Origin: Daphnia carinata
Taxonomy: Eukaryota
Length of the DNA: 64,000 nt
NCBI RefSeq assembly: GCF_022539665.2
Contig: NC_081331.1
Coordinates: 2,666,001-2,730,000 of the forward strand
Reading direction: 5' to 3'
How positions within the stretch are numbered: position 1 is the first letter of the stretch; each line of letters opens with the position of its first letter. A program made the translations under genes and the position numbers. This document shows, piece after piece, positions 16,109 to 29,398 of the stretch. The notes below the pieces were generated by a model, which was given only the letters and a program-made list of their open reading frames with translations, was not told the DNA's origin and searched no databases.

Positions 16109-16783
16109 CATATGCCGAGAGTCGTCGCTTCTCGAATAACCATCGCTACCTACGGCTGCTTTTGCTTGCGATGACTCAGATAAGCTTTGAAAAACAGTGT
16201 GTAGCTAACGTGTGGTGCTGGTCACTCTCCGCCTTGATTACTGGTTACACTGACGAGGCTATTTTTCTTTTCTTTTTTTAATTCTTTTAGACTTGCTACA
16301 AACCTCCGTTTTTGACGCCATTTGTCTTGAAATGATTCTTTTATTTTCTGAAGGGGGGGGGGGAAGGATTTAATGAGTTTTTCTTTCTGTTCTTCTTTGG
16401 GGTTTTTTTTTTTTTTTTTTTTTTTTTTTGGAGAAGAGTGTTGTAATAAGAAAGGGATAAATATTTTGAAATTGATGCGGGCTTCCCTCCCTGCGTTTTT
16501 TTTTTTTTTTTCATGGACCCGCTTTCCGGATGTGTTGGATCGAATTTTTTTTGTTTTCGTTTTTCCCTAGCGGCATAATTGGATTTCCGTCAAGTTGTTG
16601 GTTTCACTTTTCTTTCTTCAAAATGATAACATCTCGCCGAAAAAAAATCTAAGCAAAAATCTCACAAACCAAGTGAATAATAAAAAAAAAAGACTCCCTT
16701 ATTATTTTTCTTTAAAATTGATGAGCCGGTAAATGATCGCAGTTGGAGTTCGGCAATGGGTCCTTCTATATTTTTGCCAGATT

Positions 16784-16817
<34 letters not shown>

Positions 16818-17228
16818 CTATTCCCTCATTTTACAGAGGAGTTACGACGCACAATAGAAAAAGACGGACGATGAGGACGGACGATGGTCATATCTAGTTT
16901 GCTCCGTGGGAGGGCTTATCTCGTTCTTGAGGGTTTGTATTGCGCGCGCGCCAGCCGCTCCAATGCCCTCTGCATCTATTCGCTACTCTGGTGGGTGGTT
17001 ACCTAGTAGCAAAAAAAAAAAAAAAAAGGCCGGCAAAGGATTTTTTTCTTTTTCCCTTCTATGCAAGTCCCCTTTGCGTACATATATTATCAACCTCCCA
17101 CATATGTGTCCCCACCAAGTCCAAATATGAAGAAAAAAGAAAAGGGAGCGAGGAGTGGGCCGATTGACTGCTGGCCTCTCGTACTCAATGGTCCGCAACG
17201 TGTTAACAGCTTCTTCTTCTTTTCTCTT

Positions 17229-17233
<5 letters not shown>

Positions 17234-17284
<51 letters not shown>
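17234..17284. repeat. (CT)n microsatellite; representative of many (GA/CT)n, (CA)n and mononucleotide tracts in the flanks
   Basis: Directly visible. Other examples at ~2175-2202, ~2735-2777, ~3591-3624 and ~6766-6797. Confidence 0.9.
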
Positions 17285-17287
<3 letters not shown>

Positions 17288-20200
17288 TAGCCACACAGCA
17301 TGTCACACACAATAAGCACGGACAATGGGGCGTATACACACGACCCTGACGGAAAGGAGAAGATGTAGGATGGTCGAGGTAGAACCTTTTGGCAAGCACC
17401 TGGATATGAACTGTCTCTTCTTTATACACCAGTGTTCATCGGCAACAACAAGTCTTTGCAAAACTAGAAATGTCTCTCTCTCTCTCTCTCTCTCTCTGGG
17501 TGGGTGGGAGGGAGGGGCTGGATGATGCTCTTTTATATCGTCCCCTTTTTGCGTGTGGGTCATTCACATTTTCTTGTATTTGGGAAAATTGAGAGAATAA
17601 ATTCCAAGTGTCCTCAACCGCGATGAATAGCGCACGCACAATTTCACCTTCGCTTATCAATAGAAATTGGATAGTCTTTTTAGATCTGTTTTGTTGGCCG
17701 TCGCCTACGCTGTCCATCAAAATGGCGGTGGATTCAAAAACATTTTTTAACGCAAAGAGGATCTTTTGTTGCGACGAAAGAGGGGGGGGGATAACTGTCA
17801 ACTATAGAGCGTTCGAGTGAATGGGAAGACGTGTAACGCATAGGGCGGTCGTAACTTGAATCGATGAGTTAATTCGAGGGAATAAGAAAGAAGCATGCGT
17901 GTATGCATAATGAAGCTGAAGCAGCTGAAAATGTCTTTCTTATTCCGCGGGTTGCAAGATATCCAAAATAGTGAAGAGTTTATTTTATTTTATTTTTATT
18001 TTTATTTTTATTTGGAGAGTTCGTTCCTTATAAAAACAGAAGATAAGGATCCCCCGCACTGGGGTTGAACTGTAATTTCAAAAAGAAAAGAAACAGGAAG
18101 AAACCAAGATGCGGGTTGTTTCCTGACTGCTGAAGAGGACGGAAAGGATATTGACCGACGTTATGTGAGGAAATAGAATCCGAGTCGAAAATTCTTTGCC
18201 TGTAAAAAGAAAAAGAGCTGGACGAAGATGTTTTTTTTTTTTTTGTTTTTTTTTCTGTTTTGTTTTCTTCTTTATTATTAATTTCTTGAAGGGGAGAAAG
18301 AAAAGAGAAAGAAAAAAGCAGGAAGCAGCGAGCAAAGAGTGCAAATCAGTGAGAATATCTCACAACGAGCGTCCGGCATCTTTCATCAACAATGCATAAC
18401 TCTGAAACCTTGTCTGTCCGTGTCCCGGGAGAGAGCAAGACTCTCCCTTTTCATTCTTTGCATGCATTTTTAATTGATTCTATTGATTGTCGGTTGATAC
18501 GAAACAAAAAGGACAGTCGAATTATCAGTGCAATAGCACGCCGTAAACGACGATAAAACAAATGAAACGAAGAAAACCACACGCACACACAGACAGACAT
18601 TTTTAAAAACCAAAAATCTACAACAGAAAAAACAAAAAAACAACGGGAGATGTGGAATCAAAATCCAAACATCATGAGGGGCCAGGTGTTGATTCACATA
18701 TAGACCTGCCGATCCATCTTTGTTTCCCCCCAATCTCGAAATAAACCCACCTATATCGTGTAGCTTCTTCGAAAGGTTAAGAACCTTGCACAGCGTTTGG
18801 CTTCTAGCCCCGTCTCTGTACGATGTTGTTTTTGTTTTCCTTTCTCAGCAATTTGCATTCAACGGAAATTGCAATTCTGCAAGAGAATCCGTAATTGGCG
18901 TTAGACTTTCTCCGCCATTTTCGCCCATGAGTTTTCAACTCGTTCCGAAGACAAAAGTTTGATTTGCTATCTGATTTTCCCCCAAAAGCTTGAGCGAAAG
19001 AGACGCGGTTAAGTGTTTGTTAACATGACGTAGATTGGCTACTCCGGGCCCCCGTCTAAGAAAAGAAAAGGGACAGGTGAACAAAAGGCTTTTATTACCC
19101 CGCCCCATTCCTCTTCCTTCACAATTGCTTATCGTCATAATATACTTATAGGGACCCGTACCGGTTATGACAGAATAACGGACAGCGAGCGGGAAAACTT
19201 TTTCTCCCGTGTGTCTTGTGTATTATACAAACTCAGATAAAGGGGCGTGTAAACTAGATGTATATGTTACAACATGCAAGTATCGTTCTAGTGCTCGCTT
19301 ATCATGCTGCCTCTCTTTCCCTCCGAAAGTGCATAACATTTATTATTATTATTATTATTATTATTATGATATTCATCCAACCAAAAATCGTTTGTTGCAG
19401 ATGACTATATTTTTTTTTTTTTGTAGCCCATTATCAACTGCAAACATTCAAACAATACGTGAAGTAAAAAGCGGAAAGAAAACCAGAAGTGGGCGAGAAG
19501 AAGAAGAAAAAAGACGAACATGTATTTCCCTCTCTCTCGCTCTCTGTTGGTTCTTTATTATTGTATCGATTCCCCTTCATTTCATTACAGAGTGGATGTG
19601 TGTATACGTCTACTCGTACGCGTTGTATGTTCTCACACACATGATGTGTTTCCGCCGTTTCCGCTGCTCGCATCGGCGGATATCGGTACAAAATAGGTCA
19701 GATACGCGAGGAAACAAATGAATGCTACTCGATGATGTGGATATTGTAAGAATCAACAATGGCCAGATGATGGGAACTACCGTTTAAGCTACTGACGTAC
19801 GCGTTTTTTTTTTAGCTTTTGTTTGTTGGCTTGTTGCATCTTTGATATAATATCATTAATAGAGCTCGTCGATTTGGAAGGAAGAAGGGGGCGCACTAAA
19901 CGAAAGTGAATAATAAAGCCACGAAGGCGCATGATAATCCGTGGGAATCGGCCCGTGTTACCTTTCATTTTAACAATAAGTTATTTTTTTTTTCTATTCT
20001 TCCTCAAGTAAAATTTAAAAAAATATGAATCTTGTAGTAGTTCCCTCTTGATTGTACGAACTTGTTTTTTTGTTGTTGTTGTTGTCCTCTTGCGGATCAA
20101 GTGGATTTCATTGAAATGTTGCAGCGCTATTTATAGCCGAGGGCCGTGGCCGCGGATGTGTGCAACACATCACACGGAAAATTACGGATTTTCCGATCAC

Positions 20201-21932
20201 GGAACTGTGTAATATTATGTAACAAGCAACTTATTTCAAGTGGCAACATTGGAGGCATTTATGGGGCGGCTGGGGCGTTTGTAACTGGAAACACACAGAC
20301 TTGAGGGGAACAGTTCAGTACACACATACACATACAAAAAATGAAAAGAAAGGCGGACCCAATCTCAAAGGAGCTCCGAAAATCGTCGGGCGAGTAATTT
20401 TTTTTCCTCTCTTTCTTTCGATATATATTTTACATTGAGCAAGGGGGGCGTCGCGACGCTCCCTCCCTTTTGTCCATTTGCGCAACCCTCTCTCTCTCTC
20501 TCTCTCTCTCTCTTGATACAGTCGTCGATGAGTCACCGTCAGCATCTAAGCAGTACGGCCAGGGCGCGTCACTTGATTAGAGATATACACACACACACAC
20601 ACACACACATACACACTTCTGAAAGAGAGGCGGAGCCAAGTCGTCAACCTATTTCACAGCGATGGTGACCCAACCATCAACAACATTAAATATGGGATTT
20701 TTTTTTTTCTTTGTGTTAAATTTAAATATTTTGTTACCGTTGTTGTCCTTTCGTTTGACAGCTTCAACATTTGGACGTCTAACAAAAAAAAAAAAGGGGG
20801 GAAGCTTGGAAAAAAAAAACAAACTCGGAGAACTCATTGGCGTCGCGGCACGTGTCTCTATCTGACCGTGTGTCGACGTTGTCGTCAAACCGAAAGAAAA
20901 AAAAAATGAGAGTAGGAGGGGCAGTGAGGGTGTAGTAGGGCGCAAAGAATGATGAGAGAAAAGGAATAAGAAGGACAACACAGAGAGAGAGAGTATAGAA
21001 AAAAAAAAAAAAAAAAAAGGTATGGTGTATGTACCATACAAAATGTACAGTCAAAGAAGAGACTACATCTAAAACTAAGGCTAGAGGGTAGTAGCATGAA
21101 AAAGAGAATAGCGAGGGTGGTTTGGACGTCGTTCTGGCACACGTCGTTCGACGTCGTTCCGAGATGGAAAATATTCCCTACCCTCTCGTCATGACATTCA
21201 AAACCTTCGTACGCTCTTTTCTTTCTTTTTTTCTTCTTCTCCCCCTCAATCCATCCGTATCCTTACCCCCGTGTTCGAACCCCCCCCCTCCCCCCGCGCA
21301 GTGTGTGTCCTCTTCGATTCTCGCCATTTCTATTGAATATAACATACATTTTTTTTTTTTTCCTTTCCATTTTTCTTATTTCTTCTTCTTCTTTTCTCGA
21401 TCCTCGTACGACATCTCCCCCCTCTGCTCATTGCCTTCTGATTTTCCCGGGGATTCTTCTCTTATTTTTGGCGTGGTCGCGTCGGCTCCGCCCTTTTTTG
21501 TCCGTCGATTTATGGATCGGTGTATTGGAACTAGCTTATATCACCCGGAACGGTGTGGTAAGCTCGCCATGGGGTAGACACAAGTCCGTCGCGACGTCCA
21601 CTTGCCATTGTTTCGGTCACCATCTGACTTCATTAGTCATTCAATTTCCCATCAGCAGAGCGCAAAATGAGCAATACCCCGACCGTGAGTTTTCCCTGTT
21701 CGACCTATTGTAGACAATGATACCGATAGTCAGACTGACGACAGTTATCCACCCTCCTTCCCCCCCCAAAAAAAAACAAAAACAAAAAAACAACATTGCT
21801 CCGTGCTTGGCTAGACCTTAATCAATCATTTAACGTGATCATGATTAATTTTTTTTTTTCCCGTTCATTTTCTTTCCGACTCTGATTTTCTTTCCCCTAA
21901 ATCTAACAATATTTTTCCTTTTGTTTCTTCAG

Positions 21933-22148
21933 GTTGGAAGACCTCCCCTGTCAATGTCGGCCGGCGTGTTCATTAATGGGCAATGAAGACATCGACGAGA
22001 GCGGGACGCTGGCCAGACGAAAAGAGAGGAGAAATCTGGGACGCGGCTCTTGAATGTTTGCTCTTGAAATGGTGATGAAGTGGCCGAAAATCTTGCGAAG
22101 GGGAAAACAAGGAACGACATTTCTCTCTTTAATGTCACCATGCCAGAG
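21933..22148 (+). other. Putative non-coding 5' UTR exon of prospero
   Basis: Branch-like CTAAC at 21903, a long pyrimidine tract and CAG acceptor (21930-21932), and donor AG|GTATA at 22149. A second strong acceptor (pyrimidine tract ending TTTTTAG at 23400) precedes the big coding exon. Inference only. Confidence 0.35.
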
Positions 22149-23043
22149 GTATATACTTTGCCCTATTGTTTTCTCTGTCCACTTTCTGTCTTGCAAAGAA
22201 ATGTTTTTCCATTGGTCTTTTCCGTGTTCCCTTCCTAGTACTTTTCGGAGGTGGGCAAGGGAAAGTTCATTCATTTTCGATGAGGAGAGTCTAGAACAAA
22301 GTCGAGACTATCGGACGCACGGCTAGTTAGACGTTGATGGGGTATTCTATCGTCCAAGTAGTTTGGGTGTAGTTGCCGGTAACAATGTCGAAACAACAAT
22401 GAATGATTCGAAAAACAAAGGAGGCTTTTCTCATAATCATTTCATTATCAGTTTCAATCGAAGAAGAAAGGGAAAAAAAAACAAAAACGCATTGCACAAC
22501 AGCGACGGCCACATGTTGGATGCATGTCATTTCCCTTTATAGACTGTATACATAACACTGCAACGCCCGCCTTCCTTATTATAACGTGGCTGGACGGGTT
22601 GACGCACCTAGTCGTTCGGAGAGAGAAAGCATCTGAGCGTGACTTGGTCCACCTCCTTACGAGCCTTGAGACCCAATGGCAGTAGCGCCGAGAGGACCTT
22701 GTACATATCTTACGGCGTCCTGTCACCGGGCGGAGCCGCCCCGGCCTGCTTTATTTAGCAAAATAATTTTTAAAAAACTCTTTGATGTACCTCACTCCTG
22801 TTTGGGCGGTGGTGGGTGGGTTGGGTGGTCTAGCGCTAGAAGGTGGTTTTGCTAACTCCGTCCAAGTCAGACAGAGATAGGAATAAAAAAAACAAAAAAA
22901 AAAAAAAAGAAAACACAACATCGATGCTTGCATGTTAAGAGGGTGGCAATGCTGGGTGGTTGGTTAGTCGTCAAAGCATAGTATAGTAGGCTGGGCTTGG
23001 AGACGCTTGGCTTGGCATTGTGCTCGCCCTCTCCCCCCCCCCC

Positions 23044-23074
<31 letters not shown>

Positions 23075-23846
23075 TATCCTCAATAAGATAAGCCACTCTC
23101 CTACAGACGCGAAACCTTCAGTCGGTCGCCGCCTTCCTTGCCATCCCGTTGGCGCACTCCTCTCCCTTCTGTAGCCTTTTGCCTTCACCTGGCGACGCCA
23201 GCTGCCCGCTTGTCTCTCTCTCTCCCCTCTCTTTTCTCTTTATTCTAGAACCCCTCCTCCCCTCTTGGTCCGTCCCTCTCTTTATTATACTGGCCATCTC
23301 AATCCTCCCTTTCTTCCCTCACCGCCTCACCCGACGACTACCCAACCACCTCCTTTACTCCTCCTGCCTTTTCCTCTATGTGCTGGTCAGCCCTTTTTAG
23401 TTGAGCGACTCAAGGCAAACGACTTCAGTCACTGCCAAGGCTTCGTCTCGAGAGGACTGTCGTCGAGACGATCCGACTCTCTGACACTCTGAAAATATTT
23501 CGACTTTAAACGAAAAAAAAAAAAAAAAAATATTTATTTTTGTGTTCCATCGGACTCTGACGAATTTTCGACCATTCCGCATTTGACATTTAATCGAATT
23601 CGTTTGAAATTTTTGAAGACTTTGAAAAACGTTCATTCCTTGGAAGGGAAGAATTCAAGTTGCGCGCGCACCGATTTTGATTTGAAAATCTGGTGAAGTG
23701 AATTCGATTTGCGTGGTCAGCAACAAGACACCAACTGGAAATTCAACTGGACGGACAACACATCTGTTTTGACAAGCGGACCGAAGGATCCGTAAAACCG
23801 TGAGTTGCATTTAAGACACAAAAAAAAGAGATCAATTCCATTTTTG

Positions 23847-26800
23847 ATGGCGCTGTTGGAGCATCCCTCCTCGCAAGGAGGCTATTCGCTCTCATTCCTG
23901 GCCAAAGCGGCCAACAACAATCCATCGTCGGCCATGGTGGGCGACCTGTTAGATCAGCAGCGCAGCAGCTCTGAACTGTCACATGTGGTCGGACACGACG
24001 GCATTCAAGTGACGGGCAAGCTGGCCCTCAGCCACTCCTCTTCCTCCTCCACGTCCGGTGGCAGCAGCGCACAGGCGGCCGTCGCCACCTCTGTCATCCG
24101 GCGCAGTCCCGACAGCCCCGACAGCAGCAACGAGGACTCGGCCTGGTTCCTCCGCCAAGTTCTCCAACAGCAACAACAACAGCAGCAACAACACCATCAG
24201 ACTGGCGAACATCAAGGATCGGCTACGCCCTTAACTCCGGCCACGTCTCCGGCCCGTGGCATTCGCCGACCTCGACACGATTCCATCGCATCCGACGTCG
24301 AAGCTTCGGCAGCCGATCGAGTGGAACTCGACGACGAAGACGAGGAGATTGATGAACTAAAAAAAGAATCCATCAACCACTCTGAAGACGAAGAGGAAGA
24401 AGAAAAGAGCAAGCGGGCCCGCGTCGAGTCGATTGTTTCGGCGATGCGCACGTCCACACCGGCCGCTATAAACGGCTGTAAGAAGCGCAAACTGTACCAG
24501 CCCCAGCAGCACGGACACAAGTTTACATCCGAGGGCGAAGAGGAGGACGACGAGACGGACGAGCGCAACGATTCCCTGTCGGAGGAACAGCACGAATTGA
24601 GCATGGCCCGCGCACAGGCCTCTTCTCGCTCCAGTTCGGCTCAGCAGCAGCAACAGCGCGATGTGATGCAGATGCAACAACCGCAACCACACGATCCTAT
24701 TCGATCTCTTCAGGAGCGCATCGCTTCCCTACACCAGCAGCGTTTCGCCGCCCTCCAACAGCAACAGCAAAGGTCGGAGAAAATGAACAACGAGCCTGTC
24801 CAGCAGCAGCAGCCGCAAATCAGACGGCCCGTGCGGGACGATGCCGGTCGCACTCGCAACGCGCTTCAACATCATCAGCCAATGACATTCGGTATGCGTT
24901 CCAATTTGCCCAGTAGCGATTTGAGTCACGTTAGCCAGGCTCATGCGGCCTACCTGGACGCTACTCGTCGCATGTTGATGGAACAACAGCGCCAACAAGC
25001 GCCTAGCAAGAGCCAACACGCCCAACAGCCACAACAATTGCCCGTTAGCAACGTCCAGCAACCAGCCCAGCCGTTGAACGCGAAAGAGCCAGTGTCATCC
25101 AACAGCGAACTGGAAGGTTTAGCCGAGATGTTGAAATCGGAATTGGCTTCATCTTTGGCCCAGCTGGTGGACAGCACCCTGTCTCGCTTCGCCGCAGCAC
25201 AGCAGCAGCAGCGTCGCCACGTCATTGTAAACAACCAAAAATCATCGGCCAATTCGACATCCGCCGATGAATCGGAATTGAGCAAATTGCAGCGAGGCCG
25301 CGTCATCGACCGCGGACTGCGCAACGGAGACTTGGCCGCTCTCGGCCTGACGTCGCCGTTCCTGCGGACGCCCTACGGTCCGCTTCCGCACCATCTCTTC
25401 CCTCAGCAGCAGTCTCCCAATGCGGCTCTTAACCACATTGTCAACTCGATCGGCGCTGGAATTCATCCGGCAGCCGCCGCCGCAGCCGCCGCCGCCGGTT
25501 TGGCCAACATCGGCCAGTTCGCTCAGCAGCAACAACAGCAACAACAACAGGAAGAACAAGACGCCATCGACGCCGATGCGGCCGAACAGAATGAAGCCCT
25601 CAGTCTGGTCGTGTCGCCCAAAAAGCGTCGCTTTACCACCGCCACTTCGACCAATAACAACAACAAAACGGCCTCGTCGGAGAGGAACTCGAGCCCCACG
25701 CCTGGAAACCATCAGAACGTTGAGACCCGTCTGTCGCCGTTAGAAATTTCTTTGATTAATCACAGTTCGAGCGCTCATTCTCCCCCGCCATCGCGCAGCC
25801 CGACGCCACCTAGCCAACAACAGCAGCGCTACCCTGTTCCAGCAGCTCAACAGACGTCGGCCGCTGCCGGTGGCCCACCGCCTTTGCTCCATCATCCAAG
25901 TCTCTTTTCCAATTATTCGGCCTATTTCGCCGCTGCGGCTGCCGCCGCCGCCGCCGGAGCCCAACAGGCTCAGGCCGCCCAAGCTGCCGCTGGATCATCG
26001 TCTCAGCGGAGCTGCAAGAGCCCCGAATTGGACCTGACGTCTGCCTCGACATCGGCATCGCTCCTGCATCCGGCTCTTTTGGCCAGCCACCACCACCACC
26101 ACCACCAGCGCAGCCACCACCACAGCAGCCACCACGACAACACGGACCGTCATTCCGAGTCGTCGGACGGAGCCAGCCCTTACGGCAGCGTCCACCAATC
26201 GTCGACGCTGACGCCGATGCATCTTCGTAAGGCCAAGTTGATGTTCTTCTGGTGCCGCTACCCCAGCTCGTCCGTCCTCAAGACTTTCTTCCCCGACGTC
26301 AACTTTAACAAGAACAATACGGCCCAGCTCGTCAAGTGGTTCTCCAACTTCCGGTTAGTCTTTTTTTCAGTGTCCCTTTCATTTTGACGATGATAATCGT
26401 TTTAGACACCCCTCTATTTTTATCTCTTCTTCTTCTTCTTCTTCTTCTTTTTATTGTTCGCCCTTTTTTTGTTGATTTCCGTTCACGATGAAATTTCCTG
26501 TCGAAAGCCTTCGATTCTCTTTAGGGAACTGTCGCTTGAGATTTTCTACAATTTTTCCCTTTTTTTTCGCACGATGTTTCGGTAAAAAAAAAAAAAAAAA
26601 AAATTGAATATCTTGGGCGGATGTTGCGTCCATGCGGGCGTCGCGATAAGAATCGCATTGAGTAACCGGAGCCCAGCTGCTTCTGTTTGCATTTGATGTG
26701 CACAGTGCAAAGAAGACGGGAAAAGAGGTGGAGGGGGGGTGTGCGTGCACTAGAAGGAAAATGATAATAGCAAAAGAAGCAAGAGGGAGGGGGGGAGAAA

Positions 26801-29398
26801 AGGCGAGTTAGAGACTTCGGAACGTTGCGACCGATTTCATTTTGACAGTTAATGAAATGCGAGAGAAAAAAAGAGTTTTCTTGTTTAGCTTAAAGCTCGT
26901 TGTCTTGACTGTGGGACACGAGCTCCTATCCGTCCCTCAACGATGGTGTCCATGTTAATCAGCAGCACAAGGGATAGTAGGTAATCCATTGGCCAACAAG
27001 CGGAGATTGATGCAATCCGCACGGATATATACTGTACATGTATCTGCCGGAAAAACAACCAGAGAGCAAGTACAGCTATATATCCATCCCTCTTGGCTCT
27101 TCGCGTTGCTTGGCCAACATCTCGGGGGGAATCAGCACGTTCATTAGAACATTATGCACTGTCAAGCAGCGTGTCTGTCTCGCGTGGCTCCTTTTCCTCT
27201 TTTTTCTCTATCTCTTGCTGCTCTGTATGAGCGTTGAAAGCTCCCCGGTCCCCTTCGTTCTCTTATTCTCCCTTGAGCTAATGGACAAACGCTTCCTCTT
27301 CTTGCTCTATATTCGATTTCTCCCTGTGCACAAACTGCCAAGTCGCGAATCCCAACTTCGTAATTGAGCTTTAAAGCAACCCAACCAGCCAAATACCTTC
27401 TCTTACTATATTCAACTACTTGCCAAAGCCATGGGCATTTAAGCGTCTAGAATTAAGAATTTAAAAAACAAACAAAACAGCGCGTTTTGCCGTTCGCTTC
27501 GTATAAGACGCAAAAAGCCGAAAGGTTACGGCGTGAATCAACCGTGGCTGCGTGTACATATCTAGATTTAGTTTTATTGTTTTCCCCATCAATGCCAAGT
27601 CTGAATGCTTCAAAACACAAACTTTCGGGCTTCGAAGAGGGGCGGTTCGTCATTTCTTACGTTTAAACTTGAGAAAAAATTCGAAGAAAACCGAAACATA
27701 AACATATACTGTCATAATGTAAAGGGCGGAGCAACGTGAATCATTGCGTTCCCGTTCGTGAAAGAAGAAAATAGAATTGAAATAGAAACGTTTTGATTGA
27801 TGACTCCACTCGCGTAGGTGCTGTACTTGGTTCGAAGAATGTCTTTATTCATTAAGTTGGCTCGTTATTATTTGTTTTGTTTTTTTTGTTTTTTTTTTTC
27901 ATTTTAATGTTTGTAATGTAGTTTTTTTTTTTACCTGCCGATTAGGTGTGCGCAGGCCCAACTTTTAGAGCCTTCACTTTTGCATTCGAAATGCCCACCT
28001 TTAAGGGACTTACCCGAGGAGTGATTAATGGGAAAGGGTAATCTAATTAGACAATCCCGTGCCGAAGAGATTGCGGATACAGCAAAAAAAAAAAAAAAAA
28101 AAAAACTATAGAACCGCGCTCTCATTTTCTTTTTCATGAAATAAAAACAAAACTAAGAAAAAAACAGGCGTTCGTAATGTACGCATATAAAACTTGTGAA
28201 GAAAGGTCCCACAGCACTCCCGCCAGTCCCTAATGAATTTATTTGGAAATGTTATCGGGTTAGGACTGGGGTTTAATGGTAATATTTCATAAAATCCGCG
28301 AGATGCACTTGTAGACAACGGCAGTGGTTCCCGATCTGCTTGCAAATTTGAAAGCGAATGGGGGCCGAGTTTTGCTGGGATTTCACACACTTGTAACTTG
28401 GCCATTACATCGACATCCGTTTTTTTTTTTTTGTGTGTGTGTGTGTGTGTCCCTTCTTCTTCTTGTTTTGCATAAACCATCGTTGCATGAACGAATGCGT
28501 GTGCAAAATGGATAGGAAAACCAAGCGTGTGCAGCTTCAGATTGGGTGTACGCATCTCATGACTAGGGAATAAAGTGCCATTTGCATTATGCAATGGACA
28601 GCCCGCCGGCATTAGGTTTACCTTTCCGCATAGGCGGACAGGACTAAGTGTAGGAGGGTTAGGTGGATGTCGGTAGCAATTAGCACAGCTGGCACGCTTG
28701 TTTCTCTTTTCTTCCTCTTTTGCATGTGCTTCTCTGCTATTCCTCTGCATTGCTAAGTGACAGAGCCGAGGGACAATGGCATACAACCCGTGGTAGAAGG
28801 CCTGTTTTTTTTTTTGCGTACGGTATCGTGTACAGTTGGGGGAGTAGGATGCATTCGTCATTTCCTATTATGAACTTGACCATTTGCAACGCCGATTATA
28901 ATTGCAATTTTCCTCATTTGCATATCCACAGGGAATTCTATTACATCCAAATGGAGAAGTACAGCCGCCAATTATTGAGCGAGGGGGTGGTCAATGCCGA
29001 TGACATCCACGTCTCGCCCGACTCGGAGCTCTTCCGCGCCCTCAACCTCCATTACAATCGCAACAATCACATCGAGGTGAGATTAATTTTTAAAGCTTAT
29101 TATTAGGAGTAATGTCAATTAGTTGATATCAATTCAATTGGCATATTGAATTCTACCTGGCTGAACATAAGACTTTAATCGCAAATTTTCCTTTTTTTTT
29201 TAATTTTTAATCCAATAGGTTCCATCGCCTTTTGTTTTCGTCGTGTCGGAGACGTTGCGCGAGTTCTTCAAGGCAATCCAAGCGGGCAAGGACGCCGAAC
29301 CCAGCTGGAAGAAAGCCATTTACAAGATTATCGCCCGTCTCGACGAGCAGGTCCCAGAGTACTTCCGGACGCCCAACTTTCTCGAACACTTGGAGTAA
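23847..29398 (+). CDS. pros: Homeobox protein Prospero (homeo-prospero domain). Exons 23847-26353, 28932-29076, 29219-29398
   Basis: Prospero motifs [27 protein letters not shown] and [16 protein letters not shown]. Homeodomain [24 protein letters not shown]...[22 protein letters not shown]...[17 protein letters not shown]...[35 protein letters not shown] junctions keep frame. First in-frame ATG at 23847. Confidence 0.97.

Larger units (their letters stand above)
1..23400. other. Large non-coding region upstream of prospero (likely cis-regulatory DNA and 5' UTR introns)
   Basis: No ORF with recognisable protein content. The listed ORFs are translations of poly(A/T), (CA)n and (GA)n tracts. 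The region lies directly 5' of a developmental transcription factor gene. Confidence 0.7.

Noticed and set aside
7517..19947. Su(H)-type CGTGGGAA sites at 7517 and 19940 and scattered E-boxes
   Set aside because: Isolated and about as frequent as chance over 23 kb; no clustering.
21257..21266. GTATCCTTAC resembling a U12 5' splice site
   Set aside because: Imperfect, in non-coding DNA, with no matching TCCTTAAC branch site identified.
23979..26222. Antisense and alternate-frame ORFs over prospero, and similar ones over Hr39 (48268-50754)
   Set aside because: Shadow ORFs of GC-rich coding exons.
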